Part shown: piece by piece, positions 30,329-41,326 of the stretch
Numbering within the stretch: the first letter of the stretch is position 1
Layout: each line of letters begins with the position of its first letter
NCBI GenBank assembly: GCA_963817895.1
Contig: CAWFQB010000001.1
Location: 224,001-288,000 of the forward strand
Origin: an uncultured Chthonomonadaceae bacterium
GTDB taxonomy: Bacteria; Armatimonadota; Chthonomonadetes; Chthonomonadales; Chthonomonadaceae
Reading direction: 5' to 3'
DNA: 64,000 bases
Position numbers and translations under genes: made by a program
Notes under the pieces: generated by a model
The model's input: only the letters and a program-made list of their open reading frames with translations
Told to the model about the DNA's origin: nothing
Database searches by the model: none

Positions 30329-32614
30329 ATGTTAAATTTCAGACATACTTTAATCGCTTGTTTGTGGGCGGCAACAGGGCTGTGTATCCCTCATGCGTCT
30401 GCCGCGCAGTCACGCCCCATCTCACAAACAACCACCCAACACCGAACACCGAACACCGAACACCGCGAACCCCAACCACCAACCACCAATCACCAGCCAC
30501 CAGCCACCCTCTTCGGTCGAGACGTGATGCCCGTTTTGACACGCGCGGGCTGTAATCAGGGCGCGTGTCATGGCGCGAACGCGGGCAAGGGCGGCTTTCA
30601 CCTGTCGCTGTTGGGTTACGACCCGGAAAGCGATTATCTGGCGCTCACGCGTTTTGTCGGAGCGCGGCGCATCAGTCCGTCACAGCCGGATAACAGCCTG
30701 ATGCTGCGCAAAGCGACGGGGCAAATGCCGCATGGCGGCGGCAAACGATTTGCGATAGACACGGCGGAATACCGTACCCTGCGCGAGTGGATCGCATCCG
30801 GGGCGCGTCCGCCCATTCTGGAAGGCGCAAACGCCGAACCGCGCGTAACCCGCTTGAATGTGACGCCTGCGCAACGTACATTGCAAATGGGTGGACAGCA
30901 GCAAATTCGCGTGGAGGCCCTGTTCACGGACGGCATGAAGCGCGATGTGACCCCGCAGACCCTTTTTTCCTCTGCCGACGGCGCGATTTTGAGCGTGACG
31001 CGGGACGGGATTGCGACCGTTGTTGGGCCGGGCGAGGGCGCGGTTGTGATTCGGTATAGCGGCGTGTTTACCACTGCCCGCGTTGTCGCGCCCTTTGCCC
31101 GCGCCCGAACCTTTGTTCCCGCTTCCAACGACATTGACAGCGCAATCAACAGCAAAGCCGCCGCGCTCGGACTAACTCTTTCGCCCCGATGCGGTGACGG
31201 CGAATTCCTGCGCCGCGCCACTCTGGACGTGACCGGGCGTTTGCCCAAAACGGAAACAGTTCGCGCCTTTCTTGTGGATACCGACTCGCAGAAACGCGAA
31301 AAACTGGCGGATCGCCTGCTGGCTTCGCCCGAATACGTGGATTTCTGGACGCTGAAATGGGGCGACCTGCTGCGCAATTCCAAACGCGCGCTTGGCAAAA
31401 ACGGCATGACGGCGTTTCACAAATGGATACGGCAAAGCGTGGCCGACAACAAGCCGTGGGACACAATGACGCGCGAAGTTTTAACGGCGCAGGGCAGCGT
31501 ATTGGAAAACGGCGCGGCCAACTTCTACCGGACAGGGTTGGAAACCGAAAACGACGCCATTCTGCCGCCCGAAGACATCGGCGAAACTGTCGCGCAAACC
31601 TACTTAGGCGTTCGGCTGCAATGCGCCCGCTGCCACAACCACCCGTTTGAAAAGTGGACGCAAAACCAGTTTTATCAACTCGCCGGGTTCTTCGGGCGGC
31701 TGCAATCCACGCCGGGGAAAGCGGAGGGTGAAAAGATCATCGGCAATCGAACATGGGGCGAAGTGACTCATCCGCGAACCGGCGCGGCAATGCGCCCCGC
31801 CGCGCTGGATGGCCCTGCTCTTGCCGCCAATTTCAGGGGGGATCGCCGCCAATCCCTGACCGACTGGATGACCGCGCCGGACAATCCGTTTTTCGCGTCC
31901 GTGATTGTCAACCGCGTGTGGAAGCACTACATGGGCCGGGGACTGGTGGAACCCGTTGACGATTTTCGCGTTACCAACCCCGCCGTCAACGAGTCGCTGC
32001 TTGCCTGTCTTACTTCGGACTTACGCGCCCACCACTACGACCTGAAACACCTGATGCGCGAAATTCTGTGTTCGGAAGCCTACGGTCGCCAGTCGCAAAC
32101 GCAGCCGGGTAACGAGCGCGACAACCGCTACTACAGCCATTTTCTCGTCAAGCGGTTGAGCGCGGAACAACTGCTGGACGCGCTGAACGATGTGACGGGC
32201 GAAGCGGAAACCTTTGAGGGCTATGCGCAGGGGACTCGCGCCACGCAGCTTATGGATACCAGTGTCGGCTCGTTCTTTCTGGATGCGTTTGGCCGCCCGC
32301 CCCGCCAGACAACTTGCGAATGTGAGCGCGGCAGCGAAATCGGCGTTACCCAAACCCTGCACCTGATGAACAACCCGCTGGTTCAGGCGAAATTGACCTC
32401 GCAAACCGGGCGCATAGCCGCATTGCTCAAAGCCAAAGTGGAACCGGGCGCTTTCGTGGAAGAGTTGTTCCTGTCCGCCCTGTCGCGCCTCCCGACCGAA
32501 CAGGAACGAACCCGCAGCATAAACTGGATTACGGCATCCTCCAACCGCGAACAGGCCGCGCAGGATTTGCTCTGGGCCATTCTCAATACCAAAGAGTTCG
32601 TGTTCAATCATTAG
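30329..32614 (+). CDS. DUF1549/DUF1553 (PSCyt2/PSD1) protein with Ig-like domain
   Basis: GCNQGACHG, FLRRATLDVTG, CARCHNHP, VNRVWKHYMGRG, FGRP.R...CECER, KEFVFNH. Confidence 0.92.
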   Translation: MLNFRHTLIACLWAATGLCIPHASAAQSRPISQTTTQHRTPNTEHREPQPPTTNHQPPATLFGRDVMPVLTRAGCNQGACHGANAGKGGFHLSLLGYDPESDYLALTRFVGARRISPSQPDNSLMLRKATGQMPHGGGKRFAIDTAEYRTLREWIASGARPPILEGANAEPRVTRLNVTPAQRTLQMGGQQQIRVEALFTDGMKRDVTPQTLFSSADGAILSVTRDGIATVVGPGEGAVVIRYSGVFTTARVVAPFARARTFVPASNDIDSAINSKAAALGLTLSPRCGDGEFLRRATLDVTGRLPKTETVRAFLVDTDSQKREKLADRLLASPEYVDFWTLKWGDLLRNSKRALGKNGMTAFHKWIRQSVADNKPWDTMTREVLTAQGSVLENGAANFYRTGLETENDAILPPEDIGETVAQTYLGVRLQCARCHNHPFEKWTQNQFYQLAGFFGRLQSTPGKAEGEKIIGNRTWGEVTHPRTGAAMRPAALDGPALAANFRGDRRQSLTDWMTAPDNPFFASVIVNRVWKHYMGRGLVEPVDDFRVTNPAVNESLLACLTSDLRAHHYDLKHLMREILCSEAYGRQSQTQPGNERDNRYYSHFLVKRLSAEQLLDALNDVTGEAETFEGYAQGTRATQLMDTSVGSFFLDAFGRPPRQTTCECERGSEIGVTQTLHLMNNPLVQAKLTSQTGRIAALLKAKVEPGAFVEELFLSALSRLPTEQERTRSINWITASSNREQAAQDLLWAILNTKEFVFNH

Positions 32615-32615
32615 A

Positions 32616-32773
32616 TTGTCTGAACCCGGATTTTCAGGATTATTGGATTAACAGGATTTAGAACGAAAGTCTATCCCTCTTGAATTATCATTCCCCTGAT
32701 TAGAAGAATAGAGTGGCAACGCGCCTCCTCAATCCTGTTAATCCAATAATCCTGAAAATCCGGGTTCAGACAA
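32616..32773. repeat. Perfect 43-bp inverted repeat with CAGGATT/AATCCTG units
   Basis: 32616-32658 is the exact reverse complement of 32731-32773. Confidence 0.92.
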
Positions 32774-32783
32774 CGCCAAACGT

Positions 32784-34814
32784 ATGAAAGCACATTATCT
32801 TCTCACACTGTTTATCATCAGCACTATGTGGCTGACGGGCGTGTCTTCAACATACTCCCTGCAAGCGAAAACAGCCGTTACAAAGCAGGGCGCGATATTG
32901 CCTGCCGTCGCGCCGCCCGTAACGGCCCTTGCCTGTGCGCCGAACAGCGGAGTTGTGGCGGTCGGCGCGTACCGGCAGGTTCAGTTGTGGAATGTGGAAA
33001 CGGGGCGCAAAACGGGCGTGTTGGCAGGGATGCCGGAGAATGTCTGTTCGCTGGCGTTTTCGCCGGATGGCCGCATTTTGGCGGCGGGCGGCGGCGTTCC
33101 CACCCTTCGCGGCGAAGTACGCCTTTATGATGTGGCGTCGGGACGGCAAACGCAGGTTCTGGCCGGACACGCCGACATGGTATACGCGCTGGCGTTTACG
33201 CCGGATGGCAAACGACTTGTCACGGCAAGCGGCGACAAGACCCTGCGTATCTGGAACTGGCGGTCGGGCGTGACCCTGAACGCGCTGAAAGACCATGCCG
33301 ACAGCGTGTACGGCGTGGCTTGCAGTCCCGATGGCAGGCGACTGGCCTCAACCGGAGTGGATCGCAGCATCAAAATATGGGACGCCCCAACGGGAAAGCC
33401 CCTGTTCACGTTCACCGGGCGGGCGCACAACGATACCGCTTACGCCCTCGCGTTCTCGCCGGATGGCAAACTGCTGCTATCGGCGGGGGGCGACCATGTT
33501 GCCAAACTGTGGACAGTGGGACCGGATGCCGACAACACTCGCGAATTTCGGCGTCTGCCCGGACACAATAAAGCCGTTCATGCAGCCGTGTTCAGTTCCG
33601 ACGGTTTGCTGATCGCGACGGGCGGGGCGGATGGTATGGTCAACCTGTGGAGTGGCGCGGGGGGCGGCTGGCTGCGCGAACTGCATGGCGCGAATGACTG
33701 GATTTATACCGTTTGCTTCACGTCTGACAATCGGCATGTCGTTGCGGGCGGGTACGACGGGCAGGTTCTGGTATGGCGCGCGTCCGATGGCGTGTTGGAA
33801 AACACTTTTTCAACCCGACCCAACGCCACGCGCTTTGATGCGCCGCGTCCGAACGCCCCGCGCCCCAATGTAACTCTTACCGCGTTAAAACCGGGGGCGG
33901 TTAGGGCCAATCCCGCCGGAGCGTTAGCTATGATGCCGCAGAAAAACGCAGACACTCTGTATCAGCCGGTTGTCGTGGCGGAAGGGTTCGCCTTTCCCGA
34001 AGGACCGGCCTATGACGGCAAGGGCAATCTGGCTGTGTCTAACTGCAATTCCGATCATATAGACAAGGTGAGCGCGGAGGGACGGGCGATTCTGTTCAAA
34101 GCCGACCTGAACAAATTCACTTTCGAGAAGAGCAACGGCCTGACTTACCACGAAGATGGCAGCCTGTACGCCTGCGACTTCGGGCGCAAAGCCATTTTGC
34201 AGATTTTCCCCGATGGCCGGACGGAAATCGTTGCCGACAAGTGCGATGACGTTGGCTTCAAAGGCCCCAACGATCTCGCCTTTGACCCGGAAGGCAACCT
34301 GTACTTCACCGATCCCGCCGGTTCCGATCTGGAACACCCTGTCGGCTGCGTGTACCGCATTGCCCGCGCGACCCGTAAAGTAACGCGGGTTGCAAGCGGC
34401 ATGGGATTCCCCAACGGGCTGGCCTTTTCCGCCGACGGCAAAACCCTGTATCTTGCCGAGTCGTCCCGCTGCCGCATCCTGAAAGCCGCCGTTAAACCCG
34501 ACGGTTCACTGGAAACGCCGCAACCGTTCTGCCAACTGCCGGACAAGCACATCCCCGACGGCATCAATTTCGATCAGGCGGGAAATCTGTATGTAGGCAC
34601 GGTCGGGCCGGGGCTTGTAACAATCATAGACAAATCCGGCAAAATCGCCCGAACCGTATCTATCCCCGGCACGGACGTTACCAACGTAGAATTCGGCGGC
34701 AAAGACCTGAAAACCCTGTACGTCACGGAAGCCCAGAAAGGCATCGTCTACAAGATGCAGGTGGAAACCGGGGGCCTACCGCTGTTCCGCGCGCCCAACA
34801 ATCAGGTGAAGTAG
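32784..34814 (+). CDS. Secreted WD40-repeat + SMP-30/gluconolactonase fusion
   Basis: Repeated GH...AFSPDG...D...W motifs; FPEGP, PNDL, YFTDP, PNGLAFS, PDG, TNVEFGG. Confidence 0.88.
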   Translation: MKAHYLLTLFIISTMWLTGVSSTYSLQAKTAVTKQGAILPAVAPPVTALACAPNSGVVAVGAYRQVQLWNVETGRKTGVLAGMPENVCSLAFSPDGRILAAGGGVPTLRGEVRLYDVASGRQTQVLAGHADMVYALAFTPDGKRLVTASGDKTLRIWNWRSGVTLNALKDHADSVYGVACSPDGRRLASTGVDRSIKIWDAPTGKPLFTFTGRAHNDTAYALAFSPDGKLLLSAGGDHVAKLWTVGPDADNTREFRRLPGHNKAVHAAVFSSDGLLIATGGADGMVNLWSGAGGGWLRELHGANDWIYTVCFTSDNRHVVAGGYDGQVLVWRASDGVLENTFSTRPNATRFDAPRPNAPRPNVTLTALKPGAVRANPAGALAMMPQKNADTLYQPVVVAEGFAFPEGPAYDGKGNLAVSNCNSDHIDKVSAEGRAILFKADLNKFTFEKSNGLTYHEDGSLYACDFGRKAILQIFPDGRTEIVADKCDDVGFKGPNDLAFDPEGNLYFTDPAGSDLEHPVGCVYRIARATRKVTRVASGMGFPNGLAFSADGKTLYLAESSRCRILKAAVKPDGSLETPQPFCQLPDKHIPDGINFDQAGNLYVGTVGPGLVTIIDKSGKIARTVSIPGTDVTNVEFGGKDLKTLYVTEAQKGIVYKMQVETGGLPLFRAPNNQVK

Positions 34815-34935
34815 GTTGTTAGGTTGTTAGTTGTTAGGTTGTTAGGTTGTTAGGACGCAGAGGTTTCGCAATACTTGATTAGCGCCATGACAATTACAAA
34901 CCGAACAACTAACAACCTAACAACTAACAACCTAC
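34811..34935. repeat. Inverted repeat of GTTGTTAG units, with ends overlapping both convergent stop codons
   Basis: gtaggttgttaggttgttag... / ...ctaacaacctaacaactaacaacctac. Confidence 0.88.
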
Positions 34936-35342
34936 GTCTCAACGGCCTTTGTGTGGATACCCGCGAAATCGCCGGACGCGGTTTTGCCGACGACGTAGAT
35001 GTCCTGCTTCGTGTCCCCGAACGTGTAAACATGCAGGTCGGTAAGATTGGCTTGCAGGGTTTTGACAAGCTGCTGATACTTCTGCATGGTGGCCTTTTCG
35101 TCGTCGCCGTACCATGATTGCGCAGTGGTCAGGGGCGCGGAAAAGTCGGAAAGGCTGGATTCCGCAGCCTTCTGGCCGGCGGCTATCTTCTTAAACTTCT
35201 GAACCGCGTCGGGCGTCAGGGTATCCGCGCCAACGTCTGCGTGTTTCCACACAAACGCATCTACGGGCATATCGGACTCGCTGGTATAAAGCAGCCCCTT
35301 AACCTCCTGCTGCAATTGCTTCAAAAGCGCGTCGTTTTCCAT
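34932..35342 (-). CDS. nuiA: Nuclease A inhibitor (NuiA)-like protein
   Basis: GLLYTSESD.P...F.W, WYG..EK, L..NLTD..VY..G, YVVG, C-terminal TKAVET. Confidence 0.85.
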   Translation of the reverse strand: MENDALLKQLQQEVKGLLYTSESDMPVDAFVWKHADVGADTLTPDAVQKFKKIAAGQKAAESSLSDFSAPLTTAQSWYGDDEKATMQKYQQLVKTLQANLTDLHVYTFGDTKQDIYVVGKTASGDFAGIHTKAVET

Positions 35343-35556
35343 GTTTTTCCTCTTTGAGTCGGCTCGGCTGAAACTATTCTGTGCCGCTTTGCCCGCGTTT
35401 GCGTATTCGTCAATGTCGTTTTTCAAACGCCATGTATTGTCTGCTTTGTATACGGGCGCAAGCGCAATTCAGCGGCATGTCGGGTTGTTCTGCAACTTTA
35501 CACGCTTGTATTCCGGTCAAGGTTGAGAAAATCATTTTGAAGTGGAGAATTTTGGA

Positions 35557-38500
35557 ATGACATTGGCGGAATTACAGGCGGAACTGGAAACTCTGGCGTA
35601 TTCGGCGCGGATTGCCCGCATGATTGCGCTTGGACGGGACGCGCGGAACACGGCCTTAACAAAGAGTTTATTAGATGAGATGGAACACGGCGGCTTTGAT
35701 TTGCGCTGGCTGGCCCTCAACTCGTGCTATGGCAGCCGGGACGGGAACGCGCCCTGCGGATGCTGACGGATGGTTCACAGTTGATACGGCGCGGCGCCGC
35801 AGCGATGCTGGCGCAGATCGGCACAATAGAACAGATTGTCGCCGCGCAGGATCGGATACAGCCGAAGAAATGGCGCAATCTGCTGCTCGGCCTGCACAAG
35901 CGGCACCGCTATGATGTGATCGAGGCGTATCTGCAAAATCTGGAAACGCGCCGTGATGAGGATAATTTGCGCGATTGCCTGCCGTTCGGTTCCGCAAGCG
36001 CGGTTCGCCGTCTGCTGCCGCAGGTTGTGAAACGCTTTTCCGCTTACAATTGGGCGAGACTGGCGCGGTTTCATCCCGATATCGCGCTTGAAATTTTGCA
36101 GGCGCAGGCCGATGCCGCTGACCGCCCGGACGCCGGTTTGACCTACCGCGCCAACGCCGTACTGCCAATCACCGCGGAAACGCGCCCGCCTGCCACGCTC
36201 GTTCTGATCCAAACTCTGCTGCGCCACATTCCGTTGCCGCAACTGCATTTCCAGAAACTGGCGTCCTATCTGCCCCGTGAAACAGCCGATCTGGTATTGC
36301 GCAGCGAAGCGCGGCCTACATTACCCCTCGAACGTCTGCTGCCCCGTCTGGACGCAGAGCGCGCCCTTGCGCTGTTTCAGCGTTATGAGGCGAAGTTTCA
36401 TCTGGTCAGCCGAATTTTTGCCCGCAAACTGACCCCGGATGTACGCGACCAATTATATAAGCAGTTCGGATTGGGCTGGCAAAATGGCGATAGCTGCGTT
36501 CCCCACGCGGTTGTGGGCGGCCTGTCGCAGCCTTTGCGCGAGATGGAAGCCCGACGCCACCTGCGCTTGCCGACGCTGCTGCCGCGTCATGCGGAGCGCC
36601 TGCCTTACGCCGCATACCTTTTTTGGAACGAGGCGCGGGAAACGCTCGATCCGTTTTTGCGCAATCCCGATCCCGACCTGCGCGTTCTCGCCCATACCAC
36701 GCTTGCCAACGCCGTCCGCTACAACCGCAGCCACCTATCCGACCTGCTGACAATGCAGTTGGCGCGAAAAAACGAGCAGGACCCGGTTCGGCTTGCCACG
36801 CTGAACGGACTGGCCGAATTGCCGCCCGGAATCTGGAAACCCGAACATCTGGACGATCTGGCGCAAATTCTGCGTAACGGATTGAACGCCGCCGACCTGT
36901 CCGGCGCGACGGTGGGCGCGATGGAAACTCTGGTTGTCAAACTGCTGAAGTTCTATCACCACTGGTGCGCCGGGTGGATGGCGACCCTGGCAAAAGAGCG
37001 GGGTTCGCTCAACATCAGCAGTCTGGAAAACCGGCTTTCCGATGCGGATGTGAAAACGCTTGCGCCCGTTCTGCTGCCGATCCTGCGCGGCTGGGAAACC
37101 CGCGAAGGCTGGCATACCCTGCTGAATTTCGCGGGCAGTCTGGGAAGGCGTCTGCGCGTGTTCGACGAACTGGCCGTGATGCTGGAACGGATCGTCCAAA
37201 CGTCGGCGGCGTACCGGTCGCAAACCGCCCTGCATCTGCTGGCGAAACATCGTCACGAACGGATGGCAATTCTCATTCCCAACCTGATTGCCGCCGATCC
37301 CAGTTGGGCCACGCGCCCGACCGTGTACACCTATCTGCATCGCCATCGGCAGGATTTAATCACGCCGTTTCTCGGCTTCAAAGCGTATTCAGGCCGCTTT
37401 TCGACGGGTAAAACGCGCTTTGTGCTGCCCCTGGCAAATGGCTTTGAGCGTTGGACGGCCATGCAGCAGCAGATTTTCGCCCGCGTATTGGCGGAAGTGA
37501 CACAGGATGAGGGACGCGATACGCCTGCCATTCAATCGGTGATAACCCAACTCGCCGCCCTGCCCGCCGTGTTTCCGACCCAGCTGGTGGAATTGGCGCA
37601 ACTGGAGAGCAAACCCCTGGCCGCTCGTGACGCCGCCCTCCGCGCCCTTGCGAAACTGGACAGCGGCGAAGGCGTTCCTATCCTGCTGGAAGCGATGGGC
37701 GATGACCGGGGCCGTATCGCCATTTACGCCCTGCGCCGCGCCATGCTGGAAATGCCCGCCGAACGCGCCCTGGTACTGCTGCGCGGCCTGCCGATGGAAA
37801 AGGTGACGGTTGCTAAAGAGGTAATTCGACTGCTTGGCGAATTGAAAACCGAAGCCGCGTATCAGCAATTGCTGCAATTGGAAGCGCGCGATCTGCACCG
37901 CGACGCCCGCATTGCCCTGCTGCGCGCGTTCTGGGATTTTCTGGAGCGCGACGCGACGTGGGAGAAACTCGACAGCGCGGCCCGCAACCCGGAACCCGCG
38001 ATTGCCGCGCATGTCAGCCGTATTCCGGCAACAGGATTATCGCAATCGGCGCAAACCCGGCTTATCGGCGTACTCGCCCTCCTGCTGCAGCACCCGGACG
38101 CCCGCGTTCGCCTGGATACGCTGAACCGCTGCGGCTTGTTGCCCGTCACGGATCGGGAACACCGCTTGTTGCCCTATTTCCTGCAATCCGTCGGCTCGGC
38201 CATCAGCGACGAACAAAAAGCCGCGTCCGCAGCCGTGTTTATGACGTATACGGGACGCGACGCCGCGCTTGTCGGCCAGACCGTTCAAACTCTGCGGCCC
38301 AACCGCCGCGCCCTGCAAACGCTGGTCACGGCTCTGGTCACGCAGATCGGCGTCAATCGCGCCCGCCTGCTGCCAACCGCCCGCGCCGTCCTGAACGCCC
38401 TGCAAACCGACCCGCTGACGGGCAATCTGCAAATTGGCCTTGTCATGCAGGCGCTTCCCGCCGGGGAAATTATTGCCATCATGCGGCAGATCGCGGCAGA

Positions 38501-38777
38501 TCGCGCCCTTCACGCCGATGCGCTGCACACCGCCAACTTTTGGATGACAATCCTTGAAACCAATCGGCGCGACATAGATTTGTTCCAGATAGAAATCGCG
38601 CTTGCCGCCAGTGACGACCGCTACGTTCGCCGCCTCGCTCTGGCCGCGCTTGTCGCGCAGGCCAACGGCGCAACGGGTTGGACCGACGAACGCCTGGCCC
38701 GCCTGCAAACCTACCGCGCCGACCCCGCGCCCCTCGTTGCCGAAGCCGCGCAATTCACTTTTCCGCCGGGAGAGTAG
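35557..38777 (+). CDS. Large HEAT/alpha-solenoid repeat protein (frameshift near 35740)
   Basis: ORF 35542..35766 joins 35724..38777; repeated D..VR..A..AL helices. Confidence 0.75.
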
Positions 38778-38828
38778 ACCTGAGACGCATTTCGCGCTTT
38801 GTTCGCGTTCTTTGGCGTCTTTCGCGGT

Positions 38829-40469
38829 TTACAATGTTTGCGCGAGATGTTCGGCGTTGCGAAAGGCGAGGGCGAGGATGGTCAGGACGGGATTGAAGCC
38901 GCCATTGGTGACGTGCAGGCTGGCATCCATCACATACAAATTATCGTGGGCGTGAACCCGCCCCCATTTGTCCGTGACCGAGGTTTGCGGATCGTTGCCC
39001 ATGCGGCAGGTTCCCGCCTGATGCTGTCCGCCGCTCAGATACAAAGCCGGGGGCGCGCCCCATATTTTGATCGCGCCCGCCGCTTTCAGCCACTCCACAT
39101 TCCGGTTCCACATATATTCCGCCGTTTTCAGGGTTTCCGGGTGCGCCGTGCCGGACAGGTGGCACACGGGAATGTTGTACTTGTCTACGACATTGGGCGC
39201 GACGCGGACGCGGCTTTCCGGGTTGGGAATGTCCTGAATGGGGCCATAAATTAATTGAGTCCGCTTGAAGTTGTCGCGCATCCACTGCTTGTTCGCCAGT
39301 CCCCATCGCGGCAGGTCTGTGGCGGGCGGCAGATAGCGATACCAGTGCGTGATGGGCAGGCGAATGAAATCATCGGCCATCATGCCGCCGCCGATAATGC
39401 CCGGATTGCCGTGACTGAATTTGCAGGTGGCAAAACTCGCGCCCGGCCCGATGCCGTCATAAATGTCCTCTTCCATCAGGCCACACGCGCCGGGATAATA
39501 GTGTCCCTGTAGATTGCGCCCTACTATGTCATGCGCGTTGCCCAAACCCTGCGGGTGCAGGTCGCTGTGGGAATTAAGAAGCAGGCGCGGTGTTTCCGTT
39601 CCCCCGCCCGATACCACAACCGCTTTGGCCTGCGCCGTGTGCCGCGTAATCTGCCCGCCGTCATCAATCAGGTAGGTAATGCCCGTCACTTTGCCCTGCG
39701 CGTCCGTGTCAATCTTTTCCGCCATCGCATGCATGACGAGATCGCAGTTGCCGGTGGCAAGAGCGCGGGGGATGAGCGTATTTTGCGTCCCGTTTTTGCC
39801 GTCAGTCGGGCAGTAAAAGCCGACACAATGCTGGCAGTTGATGCACCGGTCGCGCCCGTTGTACGGCACGGAGTTGACGAGCAGAGGCAGGGGAAACGTA
39901 TTCCAGCCGAGCGATTCTGCGGCTCTCTTCATCGTGGCGCGGGAAACCGTATCGGGCGTGGGCGGCATGGGATAGCCTTTTTTGCGGGGAGCCTGATGCG
40001 CGTTCGCGTTCCCATCCCCCGACACGCCGATTTCCCACTCCGCCCGCTCATAATACGGTTCCAAATCCTGATAGGTGATGGGCCAGTCCGCCAGGGAACT
40101 GCCTTCGGGGACGCCGTATTCCGTCGCCATGCGGAAATCTTTTTCCAAGAAGCGCCACGCCTGCGCCCCGTAAACGGCTGTGCCGCTGCCCACGCCCGCC
40201 GCGTTGTTCTGATACCCGCCCTCGTGCGGGCGGACGATTCGGACGTTATTGCGGGTATCCGTCGCCACGCGGGGATTGCCGTTTATGTCCGGCCCCGCGC
40301 TATGCCCGTACAGCGAAATGCGCTGATTGCGCAAATGGTCGCGCCCCACCGTCTGAAAATTCAGCGCCCCGCCCCGTTCCAGCAGCAAAACGCGCTTGCC
40401 CGCTTCGGCCAGCACACCCGCCGCCACGCCCCCGCCCGCCCCCGCGCCCACAATAATCACATCGTACAT
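38829..40469 (-). CDS. GMC family FAD oxidoreductase (glucoside 3-dehydrogenase/gluconate 2-dehydrogenase large-subunit type)
   Basis: GAGAGG, DWPITY.DLEPYY, C..C..C...C Fe-S motif, HQAGTCRMG, NPVLTI. Confidence 0.92.
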   Translation of the reverse strand: MYDVIIVGAGAGGGVAAGVLAEAGKRVLLLERGGALNFQTVGRDHLRNQRISLYGHSAGPDINGNPRVATDTRNNVRIVRPHEGGYQNNAAGVGSGTAVYGAQAWRFLEKDFRMATEYGVPEGSSLADWPITYQDLEPYYERAEWEIGVSGDGNANAHQAPRKKGYPMPPTPDTVSRATMKRAAESLGWNTFPLPLLVNSVPYNGRDRCINCQHCVGFYCPTDGKNGTQNTLIPRALATGNCDLVMHAMAEKIDTDAQGKVTGITYLIDDGGQITRHTAQAKAVVVSGGGTETPRLLLNSHSDLHPQGLGNAHDIVGRNLQGHYYPGACGLMEEDIYDGIGPGASFATCKFSHGNPGIIGGGMMADDFIRLPITHWYRYLPPATDLPRWGLANKQWMRDNFKRTQLIYGPIQDIPNPESRVRVAPNVVDKYNIPVCHLSGTAHPETLKTAEYMWNRNVEWLKAAGAIKIWGAPPALYLSGGQHQAGTCRMGNDPQTSVTDKWGRVHAHDNLYVMDASLHVTNGGFNPVLTILALAFRNAEHLAQTL

Positions 40470-40703
40470 TCGCGTCCTGTCCTCGCTTCCAATGGTTGCG
40501 CCGCCTGCCGCGCGTTTACTTCCCGGCGTCCATCATCCTTCCGGTCATAAATCTGCGTGGTTCTCGAACAATCGTCATCCGGTTGAAATCTTACGGCAAA
40601 AAACCCCTTCCGTTTATCTTTTCAAACGAAGTGGTAACCACTTGCTTCGTGTGAACAGACTTTCGAGAGGAGGCTTTAAGTTCGCGTTCAGTTGCGGAAA
40701 TTC

Positions 40704-41288
40704 CTACCGGCCCTGTTTACGGCGTCGGGAAAGAAAACCTGCGCCACTGAGACACGCCCCGGTAAGCAGGGAAATGCAGCCGGGTTCGGGAACGGGCGTG
40801 AATTTTGTCACGCTGATGTTGTCAATCTGCGTATAATCAGGATCATTGGATACAGTGAGCCGGAGCAGTGTGGCAGTGGAGGTCGCCGTAACCAGATAGG
40901 TATACTGTTGATAACCCGGATCGTCGGGAACCGTAAACGGACCGTCAATCAATTTGCCATCAAAGTAGACGGCAAGCGAATTGGGAAAACCGGGAGGATT
41001 GATAAAGAACTCCGGCGTCCTTGCAAACAGGGTGAGGGTGTACTGCTGTCCGGGCTGCGTGGCAAGCATCTGGCTAAAATCGTCCACATCCGGCGAATGA
41101 GAGCCGCAAGAGATCGCGTACGAGCCGTCAATTCCATCCCCGGCCTGAATAGTGCAATTGTCCCCGGCCACTGTCCATCCCGTCGTATCCCCGGTTTCAA
41201 AGTCCCAATTTGTAACAAGGTTCTGCGCCTGTGACGCAGAGGCAAGGCAAGCGAACAGCCCCGTTAAGGCCAGTATCCGTCCGCGCAT
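40704..41288 (-). CDS. PEP-CTERM surface protein with CBM-like domain
   Basis: Signal peptide, NLVTNWDFETG, IDNISV, VPEPG-hydrophobic-RRRK. Confidence 0.88.
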   Translation of the reverse strand: MRGRILALTGLFACLASASQAQNLVTNWDFETGDTTGWTVAGDNCTIQAGDGIDGSYAISCGSHSPDVDDFSQMLATQPGQQYTLTLFARTPEFFINPPGFPNSLAVYFDGKLIDGPFTVPDDPGYQQYTYLVTATSTATLLRLTVSNDPDYTQIDNISVTKFTPVPEPGCISLLTGACLSGAGFLSRRRKQGR

Positions 41289-41326
41289 AAGCGGTATCTC
41301 CTGTTTCGAAATATAGTGTCATTGTT

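Noticed and set aside
30310..30337. Exact XerD arm TTATGTTAAAT
   Set aside because: No convincing XerC arm at 6-nt spacing, and it overlaps the DUF1549 start codon; probably chance.
26345..34935. CRISPR arrays at the repeat clusters
   Set aside because: Repeats are 7-9 nt tandem units in inverted arms, with no repeat-spacer periodicity and no cas genes.
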